Made by a program: the position numbers and the translations under genes. From Setoptus koraiensis (Eukaryota > Animalia > Arthropoda), in contig CM106585.1 of the NCBI GenBank assembly GCA_048013815.1, positions 8,246,001 to 8,310,000 on the forward strand: 64,000 bases of DNA, given 5' to 3'. This document shows positions 49,821-62,186 of this stretch, piece by piece. How positions within the stretch are numbered: the stretch's first letter is position 1; every line of letters begins with the position of its first letter. The notes under the pieces were generated by a model. That model was given only the letters and a program-made list of their open reading frames with translations. It had not been told where the DNA came from and ran no database searches.

Positions 49821-51200
49821 CGGGTGCGAGTTTCGAGCGGCTGATACGGCGAGCTTATGAGATTAAATTGAAAACTCTGGCCGCTGTTTGCAAATTTCGA
49901 TGGCAAGATCGATGAAAGATGAGACCAACTGATTGCAGATTAGAGGGCCCACGATGACATGCTATACGTATACATGGCGCGTATAATAATATCCTCTGCC
50001 ACGTTGCCAAGCGCGCCAAATGCGCTGCCGTGCGGCCGGCGACCTCCAACGAAATGTTGTTGTCATTTTGATGGGGCCAACATGCGGAGAGCGGCATTTC
50101 GCGCCCGAGCGGCCCCATTATGGCCCGTGCGGCACTTCGGTGGCTGCCGACGCTAATTCTTGTGGATTAATAGTTAAAGACAAGACTCGAGTCAACTCAT
50201 TCAGAGTTCACAATGTGACACGCTGGCTGAGCCTATTTTTTGCAAACTGTCTCATTTCTAAACTAATCCAAGCGCTCACAAGACAGATTATGCGGCCCCA
50301 TATAAATATGTGTGCTGTTGTTGTTGTTGTTGTTTGGGCTGGATGGAGCGATAAAGACAAACGCCGAGCACGTTGGACTCCGACGGTTGGAGTGATGGGC
50401 CCAAATTCAGACAAAATATGATGGATAATGGCTGGATATCGGCGCGGATATTTATGCATAAACGCATATGTGCAAACATTATCGGGATGTATAAATATAA
50501 ATGCAAGAATTTGCGAATATGTATTTATATCTGCACCACAACACACACACGCACACACACTGGCGGCCACTATGGCTGATCTATGGCAGTGTGATGGTGC
50601 TCGCCAGGGGTCACGGGGGCGCCAGCGCGCGGGCAAACAGTGTTGCACTTGACTGCTGGCCGGTGCCAGCCCCCGCGCCCGATCCGATCTCGTCAGCCAG
50701 TCAGCTGACTGGTTCGCAAGGTCGCACGGATGGGGCCCGATAAGTGTAACGATTAATGTAATGATTATAACGAGGATAACGCCATTTTCAACGGCTGAAT
50801 ATTAATGATATTCATGGAAGGCGCTGCACGGACGGGTGCATTCGCCAGGGGCCAGTTGAGTTTGCGAGTTTGCGAGTTGGCCCCGCGCAAAGTTGTCGCA
50901 TTCGCTCTCTGTTTATCTGCTGCCAGCACTTATTTGCTGCCTCATATAAAGCCCATATAAAGCCCAAATAAAGCCCAAATAAAGCGGCCAGCGGGCCCCG
51001 CAACACGCACTCCGCGAGCTCACGAAATGATAAAATGGCTCGCCGGGCCCCTAACGGCAATTGAGCGGCCGAGTGGCGCCTGTCAGGTGCATTGTGCTAG
51101 TTAGTTATATTATGATTGCGGATGCGGCGAATTTGCCGATCCGATCGCGCCGGCCGAGCGGCCGAAACGGCAAGCCCAGCGACAGCGGGGCCTCACTTAC

Positions 51201-51319
51201 CTGGAACGGCCTTCTCGAGATGGATTCGGTGAGTGTTGGCACTGAAATAAGGATCACAAACTTCTGTATTGCCGCTGTCGTTGGTGAGCTGCTGCTGCCT
51301 GCTGATTTGCTCGTACAAG

Positions 51320-51376
<57 letters not shown>

Positions 51377-52836
51377 ATGTTGTCGTTGTTGTTGCGGTTG
51401 GCGGCAATTCGCGACGGCGCCTGGCAAAATATTTGGCGCAGCGATTCCGCGTTGCACAGGGCCCTCATTTTTCGCAGCGCCATCTCTGTGGGCGTGAGCG
51501 GCGTCTTGCTGGCGGCCGGTGCGCCCGAATTGGGCAGCTGGTACGACTGCTGGTTGGGCCCGTACTGATAGAACTGGTGCTGTTGTCCGCTAAGTGACCC
51601 GTGATCAGCCGGCAGCGACGGATCGGCCGGGCCCGTCTCGTTGTAGGGCAAATTTTTAACTGTGACCAGCCGGTCGCCCAGTACGCATATCATCAGGTCG
51701 GGCTTGCCCTCGTAATTGATGAAAATGCCCGTGTAAATGCACGCTATCGAGAACAATACGCAAAACAGCGCCACTGGGGCCAAACGTGACACAAACTTGA
51801 CCCCAATCAGCACCATACATCCAATTAATATTAGCAATAGGGTGCCGTATACGCGAATGTTGTTATACAAAACGCCAACATCGCGTTGAAAGTCGCCAAA
51901 CAAACCCAATTGGGGCGACATGTAATTGAGCATAATCTCAACGGCGCCCGTAGTGTACATGGCCCCGGCCACTGTTGTGCCCAAAAAGAAGAGCGTGCCC
52001 ACGGCGCCCCCGAATTCGGGCCCGAGCGAGCGCGAAATCATAAAGTAGCTGCCACCGGCGGGCACAATACCGTTTGTTGCAATAGCGGACAACGATATCG
52101 AGGTGCACAATGTTACGCAACAGCATATAAACACCAGAGTAAAGGCGGCAGGTACGCCCGCGGTGCCCACTATCCACACCATTCGTATAAACAATATGAC
52201 GCCAAATATGTTTTGAACGCACGGAAAATACACGCCGCTCAATGTGCCCAAATTTGCCTTGGCCCCCGTAGGCGCCCCAGTGTCGCCGCTAAGCGTATGC
52301 GTTGGCGTGGGCGGCGTCTGTAAATGGCGAGCCTTGCTGTTGTTTGTTGACGACTGATTATCCGGCTGATGATTGGCCGGCGTTGCGGATTCGCCCCTAT
52401 AGTCGATGGCCGCGTAGGGCGCCGCCTGCTGGTGATGCTGGTAGTAATCGTTGTTGTCAAATGTTTGCTGCTCATTTGATTGCAACTGGCTGTTGTTGTT
52501 GTTGTCCAAATTCACTATGGCCGACAACAGATTAGGTATGCGCCTATTCTCGGGCAAATCCTCGTGATACAAATACAAATGTGAACTGTCCGCGGCGGGC
52601 CGCGAAATTGTCGAGCCCGCCGACGGGGGCCGCTGAATGATGGGCTGATCGCTCATTTCGAGCGAGTGATGATTGTTTTTGCTTGATGGGGCCTGTCGGT
52701 TGTTGTTGCTGTTGTTGTCCATGCTAATGAGCTGGCGCGCTTCGTCGTTGTCTATTTCACTTATATCTGATATGTCCACTATGGAGGTGGTGCTCTGTTG
52801 CGCTTGTTGCTGGTGTCGCCGCTCACTGTCTGCCAT
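51201..52836 (-). CDS. kcc: K-Cl cotransporter, first visible coding exon (N-terminus, TM1-TM5, large extracellular loop)
   Basis: LGTLSGVYFPCVQNIFGVILFIRMVWIVGTAG, SAIATNGIVPAGGSYFMISRSLGPEFGGAVG, GTTVAGAMY, GVKFVSR; four loop cysteines. First ATG is 52836. The frame stays open to a CATCAG acceptor-like site at 52900, so an upstream exon is possible. Spliced CDS from ATG 52836 = 1407 aa. Confidence 0.93.
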
Positions 52837-55800
52837 CGCCCGATGATGACTGCTTCCGGTTATATCTCCCACTATGTCTAGTATCTGGCGTCTATGCGAC
52901 TGATGGCGCCGATATCGTAATCAATATCGTAATTAATTAATTAGTACGTTCACACGGACAAGCACGCGCGATAACTTGCTCGTGAGCGGATAATAACACA
53001 AACTCGATAAACTCAACAATAAAAACGCTTGACAATAAATGGACAATAAACGGTGATGGGCATAAATGAATACGGATACGGATGATGCAGCCAATATTAC
53101 AAATGATGCATGGGCGATATATTTGCGGTGTCGGTGTATAATTGGTGCAATATTTTGATTGGATTTCCAAATTGAAATTTTCAATTATTGTAGCCACTGT
53201 CAGGCGGCTGTCGGTGTTTTCAACGGGCTATTTTTGTCGCACTTGTCACTGGCGACCCGACGACATGGATTAATAGTTAAGTAACAGTAACGGTAACGGT
53301 AACGGTAACAGTGGCGCTGATATTGGGGCCAAAATTAACGGCAATGTCAAGGGTAACGGTAACGGTGAGCTGGTAACGGTAATAATAAACTCGCCAACTG
53401 ACGATGGCGATAACTAACAGTGATAACAACTAAACACTTGCGATAATTGTGTGCTCGACGATCACATGTTCATTGTTGTCGTAACGGGATATTGCACGTG
53501 ATATTGCACGGGTTACTTTGGTGTCATTGCTGGATACTTTGCTTGTCTCGTTGGTGCTCAACTCTCATTTTGCTCGTGTGTCCGGCCGGCCGGCCAATAA
53601 TAATAATAATACTGTCATGATGATGTCATGTCACTGTCGTCGTTGTCGTCGTTGTCGTTGCTGTTGTTGTTGCTGTTAATGCCAACAAAATTATTATTGC
53701 TGGCAAATGCGACTCGCAATCAGCTGGCCCGTTGACTCGGCGCAAACACTGACAAGTGCTCCTCGCTGGCTGTTAATTGGATGACTTGCCTAGTCTTGAT
53801 TAGTGCGCGCGGCGTGTGTGACCCAACGGCCGGCTGTCAAGTGGGGCCCGCGATGGTCGGACGCAAACAGATGGCAATGATTATCTAGTTCATTTGTGTG
53901 GCTGCTGCTGCTGGCTTATTTTGCTTTTATCCCTTGCTCACCTCTGTCGCCAGTCTACGACGAACAATTTTTCCCTTGGCTTCTCTTCTCGGCGTCGCTT
54001 CTTTTCTCGGCGTCGCTTCTTTTCTCTCTCGTCGTCTTCTTATTGCGACTTGCGTTATTATTCGACTGCTTGCTGCGATATTGTGAGCTGAGCTGACGCA
54101 TACGCAACGGCGCTATTGCGTAACAACTGCAACGTAACGGCACACAGGCATTGACGACGACGACGACGACAACAACAACAACAACAAGACGATAACACAC
54201 GCGCTACTATTATCGCTATACACAACGCCGATGACGCAACTGATGCGGCGAGCAGCCTCAGTAGCGATGTGCAAATGCCTCAACACACACACACACAATG
54301 TGAGCTACACACAAATACAGACAGCAAATATGCCCCCCAATCCGCGACCGTCTGTCCGGCTGTGCGTTCGCGCGCGCCCCATCGGGCCCCGGGTGCGTGC
54401 GTCCGTTTGTGCGTCGCGCTCCCTCCGAGCTGCTCATCCCGAGCTTAGGCCCACCGCTAATACTGGCATACGCGTTGTATGTGTGTGCGTTATAACAGTG
54501 CGGGCTGGCGCGAGATCCGCTGCGCGCGCAATCTCGCGCAATCGGGCGGCCCGCAGCGACTGCACAGCCCGCGCCGCGTATAGCGACTTTCGCGACTCGC
54601 GACTCGCCACTCGCCACTAGCTCGGCGCTCGCAAGTCGGCTAGTCGAAGCTCTGCCCACGAGCGACGCCAGCAGCAGCGCCACCGACGACAGCGCCAACA
54701 ACGGCGCCAGCAGCGCCACCAACGGCGGCCCCCACCGACGTATCGGCGGCCGCGTTTAGCCGCAACGCGGCCCGCTGCTCGTGTCAGCGGTGGCCCAATT
54801 CGATGCGCCCTCGGCCATGGCCGCCTGTCGATGCTGGCTGGCGGATCACATGCGCACTGGGCGCGCCCCCGGAGCGTCGCTTGGGCCGATTGGGGCCGCA
54901 CAATGGCGGCGCTTCGACGCCTCCTCTGGCGGTTCCGTTCGAAGCTCGCTTAGCGCGCGCGAGTGCGTGTATCGGGCCGTCGTTGCTGTTGTTGTTGTTG
55001 CTGCTGCTGCTGTTGTTGTTGTAACTGGCGCGGGAGCCGAGCAGCCAGACAACAATTGAGAACATCAGCAGCAACAACCGAACACGTAACACGTAACGCG
55101 CGCGCTGTCTTGGCGCCGCGAATCAAGAATCGGGAGCGCCGATTCTCATTTAGACTAACTTGTTTTGAGTGGCAACTTTTTTGCTTTTTCCACTCTCCCG
55201 CTCGCTCGCCGGCTATTTGGGCCATCCCATTTGGGCCCGATTTGATTGGTGCGCGGCGCGCCGGCTAACGGCTGCAGCGGGCACCGCAAGCGAGCGGCAA
55301 GCGAGCGGCAAGCGACCCGCGCCAGCTCCCATTGTGGGCCGGCCAATTGTGCGCCATTTGCTGGCTGCTTGGCTCTCGGTTCGCCAGTCGCGGAGTCTGT
55401 TGTTGTGGCTCGTTTAGCAGCAACAACAACAGCGACAACAACAGCAACAATCACATGATAATGAGTGGGGCCGAATAAAAGAATTCGCCCGCCCGCCCGC
55501 CCGCTCGCTCGCAACGCCAACACAATGGCTGACAGCGCCAAACAATTCGGGCAAGTCCGGCCCGGCCCGGCCCAATTGTCGCACAAGATTTGATAGGCAA
55601 GCAGAAATGACTTATAATGGCAGCAGGCCATACAAATACTTTTTGTCTGGCCCTCTCCTCTCTCAACTGGCCCAGCGGCTCGCTGACAGTCGCCACTGGC
55701 CCCACAGCGAGCCGTCAGAGGCCCGCCAGTGGCCCCGACAGCCGCGCAAAACTATCCGATCTGGCCCGTGCGGCTTGGCCTGAACCGTCTAGGCGAGCCG

Positions 55801-58571
55801 AGAGCAGCCAGCAGCCCGGCAGAGCGGGCCCCAGCGCAGCCGGCCGCGGCGAGCTTGGCCCGGTCGGCCGACAACTGGGAGGCGCGTCTTCGGCCCGCTG
55901 CTCGTGGCGGCGTGGCGCCACGTTGCCACGTCCAAGTTGGCCGCGTCGGCGAAGCGAAGCGCCCGACTGGCGCGCTAATATCAGTCATTGGTCGGATTAG
56001 GGGGGCGCTGGCAGCGAGCGCTCACCAACAAGCGAACTGGATGAAAGGCAACCGCACCAGCGCGGCCGGCACGAGCGCACCCGCACGCGCCAAAGATCGA
56101 CAGGCGGACCTTTGGGGCCACTAAAGTGGCATGAATTTTTATTTTATATACAGCACGGGCGATTTATCGCATATATTGGCGTGTTTGCACACAGTGGGGC
56201 CCCAAGTTGCGCCAGCGCTGCCAACGACCAGATTCCATAAAGACGTGATTTGTCGCTATGTGTCTACCAGTGACAACAACTGGATGTTGTATCTCTCTCT
56301 CTCTGGCTTGCTCGCTCACTGGATATTTGTGCAAAGTGGACCCATTTGCACAAATATCCAGCCAGAGAATATCTGCCAGCGAATTCGTAACGTCGGCCAT
56401 CGTCCAACTTGGACGCTCCAACTGACACTGACTGGTGCCGCTCGGGCATTGTTGTTCCATTTGCGGTATCGTGTGTCGCTCGCGCACACTGGGCCCCACA
56501 TTATGTATACACACACACACACACGCGATAAGGCGAGGGCGACACGACAATAATAATGCCGCGGATAAAATAAACTAAATGTTACGGCTACAACGTGTGC
56601 CGCTATTGTGCAAGTTTTCTCGACACCACACACGCGCTGTGTACGCGATATTGTGCCCATAAAATACCCGCGGGCCTCTTGCCTCGCCGGGGCGCTTCAT
56701 GTGCCGGGGCGCTTCGTCCGCCGAGGTGCTTCGTCCGGCCGGGTTTCTCGCTCGGCTTTTCAGCTAGCGCTTGCAGCGAGCGGGTATATCGGCTCATGGC
56801 TGCATCGTCCGCGGACAAATTCCGGGGGGCCGGGGCCGGTCAGCTCGGACGCTGCTCGCAACTCCCGACTCGCGGCCCGAAACATACAGACCAATTTGGT
56901 ATTACCAAAACCAAAATAAATCGACACGAGCCGAGATTGTTGTGGGCCGCGTTGCGTTACATGGTTGCTGCCATACGATGATGATGACAATAATAATAAT
57001 TGTTATAATATTGATAACAAATGACGTTTCTCTGACTAAAGCGCCCACAAGCGCGAATAAAGCGAACCAATGTCGCCCGGCATGCACACCGACCGATGTG
57101 GGCCAGTGGTCTTGGCAGAGTTGCAACAATGTTGCGGCAAGAATATTGCGACGAAACGGCCTCAAGATGACGTGATTGGCGCCCTCAGTGCCGACTGTCG
57201 GCTGCTGTGGCGGGCCGCCTCAACTGCTCACCGGTTTGATCGGCCGGCTGACGAGGTGCTCTCGTCGCCATCGATCGGGCGTCGACAGATAGACAGGCCA
57301 CGGTACAACATTCGCAAAGTTGCAATTGTAATACAACAATGTATTACAATTGCAACTTTGCGCCAGTTTTACACTGCTAGCTTGCCAATATTTTGGCATC
57401 GTACGTCGCACATATCGTGGGGCCGCCAGTAGAGCTAGTGCTGGTGCAATTGTGTCGGTAGATCCGGGCATGCACACAGCATACAAACGGGCCACCAAGC
57501 GGCAAAAACAAGGCTCCCTCAATGACGACTGGCCTCTTATCATAAGAGTCTCATGTCTGGTCTCGTCTGGCCTGGTCTGGTCTCGTCTCGTCTAGTCACT
57601 GTCTGGCTAGACACTGTCGAGTCGACAGTTCGAGACGCTTCGAAGGGGCCGGCCGCGTTTGGGGCCAGCGACGGGCCCCAAACGCGACAGCAGGCAGGCA
57701 CAGGCAATAAGAATGAATGGCATTAGTGCGACACAAAAACCGGGCCTAACCAGCGATCCAAACATGAAAGGATGATAACATTTTTCAGCAAAACAATTGC
57801 AGCGACAAGCACAGCCTTCGGAGTGCCAAGTTCTGACCTAAGCCACCGAATCGACAAAGGAGCCCATGGCTCGATATCAGTGAAAACTATTGGTCGACCA
57901 TTGTTTCTCGGGCGCCCGGTGGGCTCCTGTTTGTGAGATACAGACCGTGAATAGACTCATTCTAGCAAATATCTGATTCTTCTTGTCAATTAAAATATTT
58001 AATTTCAAGATATTCCTCATTTCTGCTGCATTTTAACCACATTCGCCCAAATTAAAGTTTCTTTTGCTTTGTTTTCAGTCGACGGCCCAAAAATTAGTTT
58101 CGCTCTAAATCGTTGGGCAAGCTGCAATTTGAAGCTTGGCCGAAAATCGCATCCTCATGTGCAACCGCACAATGCAACTGAGTATTTTTGAAGAAATTAA
58201 GAAGCTGGCCCAACCCGAATACTGTTTCATTAATCATTTCTGGCAGTGTATCTAACCGAAATGCTGCCGTCCATCGAGCGCCCCTCACTGGCTCAACCTG
58301 ACCTATATCTGCCCTGAGTCAAACAACAACAGCAACAACAACAACAACGATAACAACAACAACAACAACAAAAGCAACAACAATGCCGATACATCAGGTA
58401 GTTTCGCCTCTATTGAGGGCGCCACCCGCACTCATCGCAACTTGCCAGACAGCGCCCACGGTGGCTGGCAATGTATATGCATACATACCTCTATAGTTGG
58501 AATAATAATAATGTCGCCGTTGAAACGGGCCCACTCTGATGTCGAGCCGTCCAAACAACAAACAGACGGCT

Positions 58572-58625
58572 AGACGAAAGAATTACCTGAGACGAAAGAA
58601 TTACCTGAGACGAAAGAATTACCTG
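58572..58625. repeat. 18-bp perfect tandem repeat (AGACGAAAGAATTACCTG), 3 copies
   Basis: Read directly. Confidence 0.95.
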
Positions 58626-59760
58626 GCTGGCTATCTGGCCGGCCCGCCAGGTGAGCCAAGAAAGGCGGCCCAAGAAGCAGTGCATAACTCATGTTTCCTC
58701 ACACTGGGGGCTGTGACTTGGCCAAGCTCGCCATTATATTGACCATGTTGTCACAATGGCGTTTTGGCGCCACTTGAGCCAGACCAGCGAGCCGGCCCCA
58801 ACTAGAGACAACACCATTGGGCCTCCTTGATGAAGGCACCATAATCAGCTACAGTGAGCAACAAAAAATAAACACTAATGATATTCTGTCATGTCGCCAT
58901 CTTGCGCAACTGACTTGAGTGGTGAGTTTGCAAGTCGCCACGGGTTTGGGCCCCACAATATTGTCAGATAAGGTGTGGCTGAGGTGAGCCACTGGAGAGT
59001 GCGATAGCTCATCGTGTTTGCTTCACATCAGACCGATCGGCTGGCGCTTAGCGATAATAACTGGCCGACGCCGGCGCCATCTTCACCTGTCCAATGTGTT
59101 GGACATGTGATGGCCAAAATAGAACCAAATCGGCCCGCTTTGGCCCGGTGTGAGCAAAGCTGTTAGCCAGAGCTTGCGTGGGCCAGAAATTCTAGCCCAA
59201 AATAGTCTGGCTAGATGGGCGCGCGGACTAACAAGCTCGCTGGCGACGGACAAAGAGCCATTGTGACAATATCCGATCAGTATACTGGTTGTGTGCTGGT
59301 TGTTGTCCCATACTTGTGATCGCTTGTGCGCATCACAAACAAACCAACGAAAACAGCCATTGGTCACGCTGACAAGCCAGGGGCCCCTAATCTGTGTGAG
59401 TGGCTCACGAGAGATAATTCCGAGAAGAGCTTCCTTTGTCTGTGTGCGACGCGATAACGACTCTTGACTGTCGACTTTGCACTGCGAGTTGCACACTGTG
59501 AAACGCATTCGCAGTATAGAGAGACGTGCAAACGATTCAACAACGACACAATGGGCGATATCACGCGGCTAACAATAGCCAAATGAGACAATTGGCAAGC
59601 TAGCGAGCTAACGAAGACGCGGCGACGATTGTTCGGCGAGTTTTGTCTAGCGATATAACGCGTCGTTATGCGCGAAACAACAAGCTGAACAGTTTACACT
59701 AATAGACATTGTTGGCTTTAAAACGATCATTCACAACAGTGGCGATAATTTCGCACGCCA

Positions 59761-59829
59761 ACAGCTTCGAACAGTTTTGAACGGTTTCGAACGGTTTCGA
59801 ACAGCTTCGAACAGCTTCGAACAGTTTTG
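59761..59829. repeat. 10-bp tandem repeat (ACAGCTTCGA/ACGGTTTCGA variants), about 7 copies
   Basis: Read directly. Confidence 0.9.
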
Positions 59830-60609
59830 GACAATTGTCAATAGTTGCGCAACTAGAGCCACAACTGGAGCAAACACATTAATAATTGATTGTATTGTGC
59901 TGCAGCTCAGTCGGGCGCTTACCTGTCATCGTGGCGCCTCCATTGATATATGGCCCGTGTATGCACGCGCTTTAAACTGTCTGGCAGGCCCGCAAATGTC
60001 ATGCACTGTATCCAGAGCCACGTCTTACATAATCGGCCGACGCGTTACATAATCGGCCGGCGTGCTGTCGAGGCGGCTCGTCCGAGGGCTTTACTGTTTG
60101 TTTTTTGTGTCAAACGATACACGCATGTAAGTTGTTGTTGCCTATAATGGCCGAATAATAAACACAATGATGTCCTTGTCACACTTCGACAGATACACCG
60201 ACAGCCAAGAAGTGGCCGACGAGATAAAACACAAACCAACGGACACAAGTAAACTAACGGACAAGAGTAAACCTCTGGCCAGAGTGTTGTGCGGCCTGCA
60301 AGACGCAACAACGGTGCACTGCCCATTAGCAAATGTTGCGACTCGCAACTTGCCAGACTAAATCGCCTACAATGGCGAGCCCAGAGAGCCCACTTGACCA
60401 ACGTTGGGCTCGATATCGCCAAGGTCGCTTGCGCGGGCCTCTCGTACCGGCCACTCGCCAGCTTTTTGGCGCCAGTGTCACTTGAATTATCTGAATATTA
60501 TCAGAATAATTTTGCTTACCACGACACGCCGGCACCAGACAGTAAGTGAGCCCACCAGGGATTTATGCACAATAAAACGGCCACCAGGTAGTTACTTTGG
60601 TACAAGTTA

Positions 60610-60646
60610 TAGTCATGAGTGTGCCGGCGAGTGACACTCATGACTA
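60610..60646. repeat. Perfect 13-bp inverted repeat with an 11-nt spacer
   Basis: TAGTCATGAGTGT (60610-60622) and ACACTCATGACTA (60634-60646) are exact reverse complements. Confidence 0.9.
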
Positions 60647-62171
60647 AAATGGATAAAATGGCTAAAATGGCTAAAATAGTCGCTCGTTTTGTGTGTCTCA
60701 CAAAACGATCGACTTGCACAATTTCAAGCCGGTGCCGCCGGTTGCGCGTAGACGGTGCCAATTCGGCGTGCACGTTGCGCCTCGATGCAAACTATGCGAA
60801 TACCAGAGTCCGTATTTGAACATATTTGATCAAATGGCTTTTCGTTGTCTTGATGAAATTGCTCCAGTTTGTGCGCCTGTGTCGTCTCTGGGCACTCAGC
60901 GAGGTAGCTCTGGTTTGTGAGGCTCCAACAGAGGCCGTTGGTTTGGTGTGTGTGCTGTTTGTTTTCATTTGGGGCGCCTCGAGACAAATAATGGACACAC
61001 AGAGAATAAGGATAAGCCACCTAGAGGCAAAAAGGGGCGCCCCTTGAGACAGCTCGAACAAATTGATGCGATTGGCCCGAGTGTGGCAAACAGCACAATA
61101 TTTATACAAGTTTGAGCTATCATTGTTTTTCAATTGAGCCCCTGAAGAGAATAGAATGGGCTCCATGATACAAGTAGCACAGCGAAAAGAATAAAACAAC
61201 AACAACAACAAAAAATAGTCCTCTCGTCAAGTTGAGAGTCTCACAACCGAATACTATTACCATAGACTTGATGTGATCGTATGGTTTAAGTGCACAGGCG
61301 CGGCCAGATCAATCTCCTCGGCTAATATTCGGCTTAACTAGAGCCGGCAGTGAGAATAAGTGAGCCAAACCTGGTGAGAATAACCGAGCCGACTCTGGTG
61401 AAAATAATAATAGAGACTAACGAAAAACAACGAAGAGTTATTTAGATTCGCCTGGTGACATTGAGAAAACAAAACAGAACAACCAAACAATGGCAATATT
61501 ATATAATATCTGTATGCTGCAATTTGATGATTGATGACATGGGCCACCTTTGCCGCCAGCTAGAGAAATTATACTATTCGTGTAACTGGCGTTCAGTGTC
61601 ACGCAGTGAACGTCGAACGTGCCGGTACAGGTAAAGTTTGTCACCGTAATAGTGCCAAATTGTACACCAACTACATACCGATCAATTGTATTGTTTCATG
61701 AAATTTGGTTGTTGGCTCGCACAAGGTTAAATAGTGGCGCATTTGTTAGGGCTTCGCTATTTATTTGAGGCAACCTTGCAGATGCGCCCTATTCGGTGAC
61801 ATAGAGCGCGCCCAAACACGCCGGACTCTTTGGACTGTTTGATTATTCATCGCAAATTAACTATGCGTGGGAGTTTTTTGCAATGATCGCGAATCAATTG
61901 AACGATTCCAATTTGAACGATTCCGCCCAAAATCAGCGTCCAATATTCTCTGGATATTCGTGGCTTTTCAAATTTCCGTTCCGATTTTTCCCACCGAAAA
62001 GCAAATTCCTCGCTGTCTCTACAAATTGGGCACTGGTTTTAGACATTTGCATCACCACTAGAGGTACAATTAAGCCCAAAATAATGATGGAAGCACAAGA
62101 AAATGAATGCGAATTAGCATGCAAGAGTAAATGAAAAGTGGAGCGCTCTTGGCAAGCCATAATTTGAAAGA

Positions 62172-62186
62172 CGCCACCTGGTGGCG
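62172..62186. promoter_or_regulatory. Palindromic CTCF-like motif CGCCACC(T/A)GGTGGCG upstream of TMEM9
   Basis: The minus strand reads CCACCAGGTGGCG, matching the CTCF core consensus CCASYAGRKGGCR. It lies between the divergently oriented KCC and TMEM9 genes. Confidence 0.45.

Larger units (their letters stand above)
33963..51200 (-). other. Giant KCC intron (17,238 bp)
   Basis: Donor CCAG|GTAAGT at 51200 and acceptor TAG| at 33963 join KAVP-G-ISSG in phase 1, colinear with KCC ..PGIPG..SG... Confidence 0.9.

Noticed and set aside
51195-51204. ACTTACCTGG resembling the U1 snRNA 5' end
   Set aside because: It is the reverse complement of the KCC donor CCAG|GTAAGT; no U1 body follows.
60792-61211. 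CAVCHTRAN resembling a nuclear-receptor zinc finger
   Set aside because: The second CxxC (CEGCKGFF) and the second finger are absent in every frame I read.
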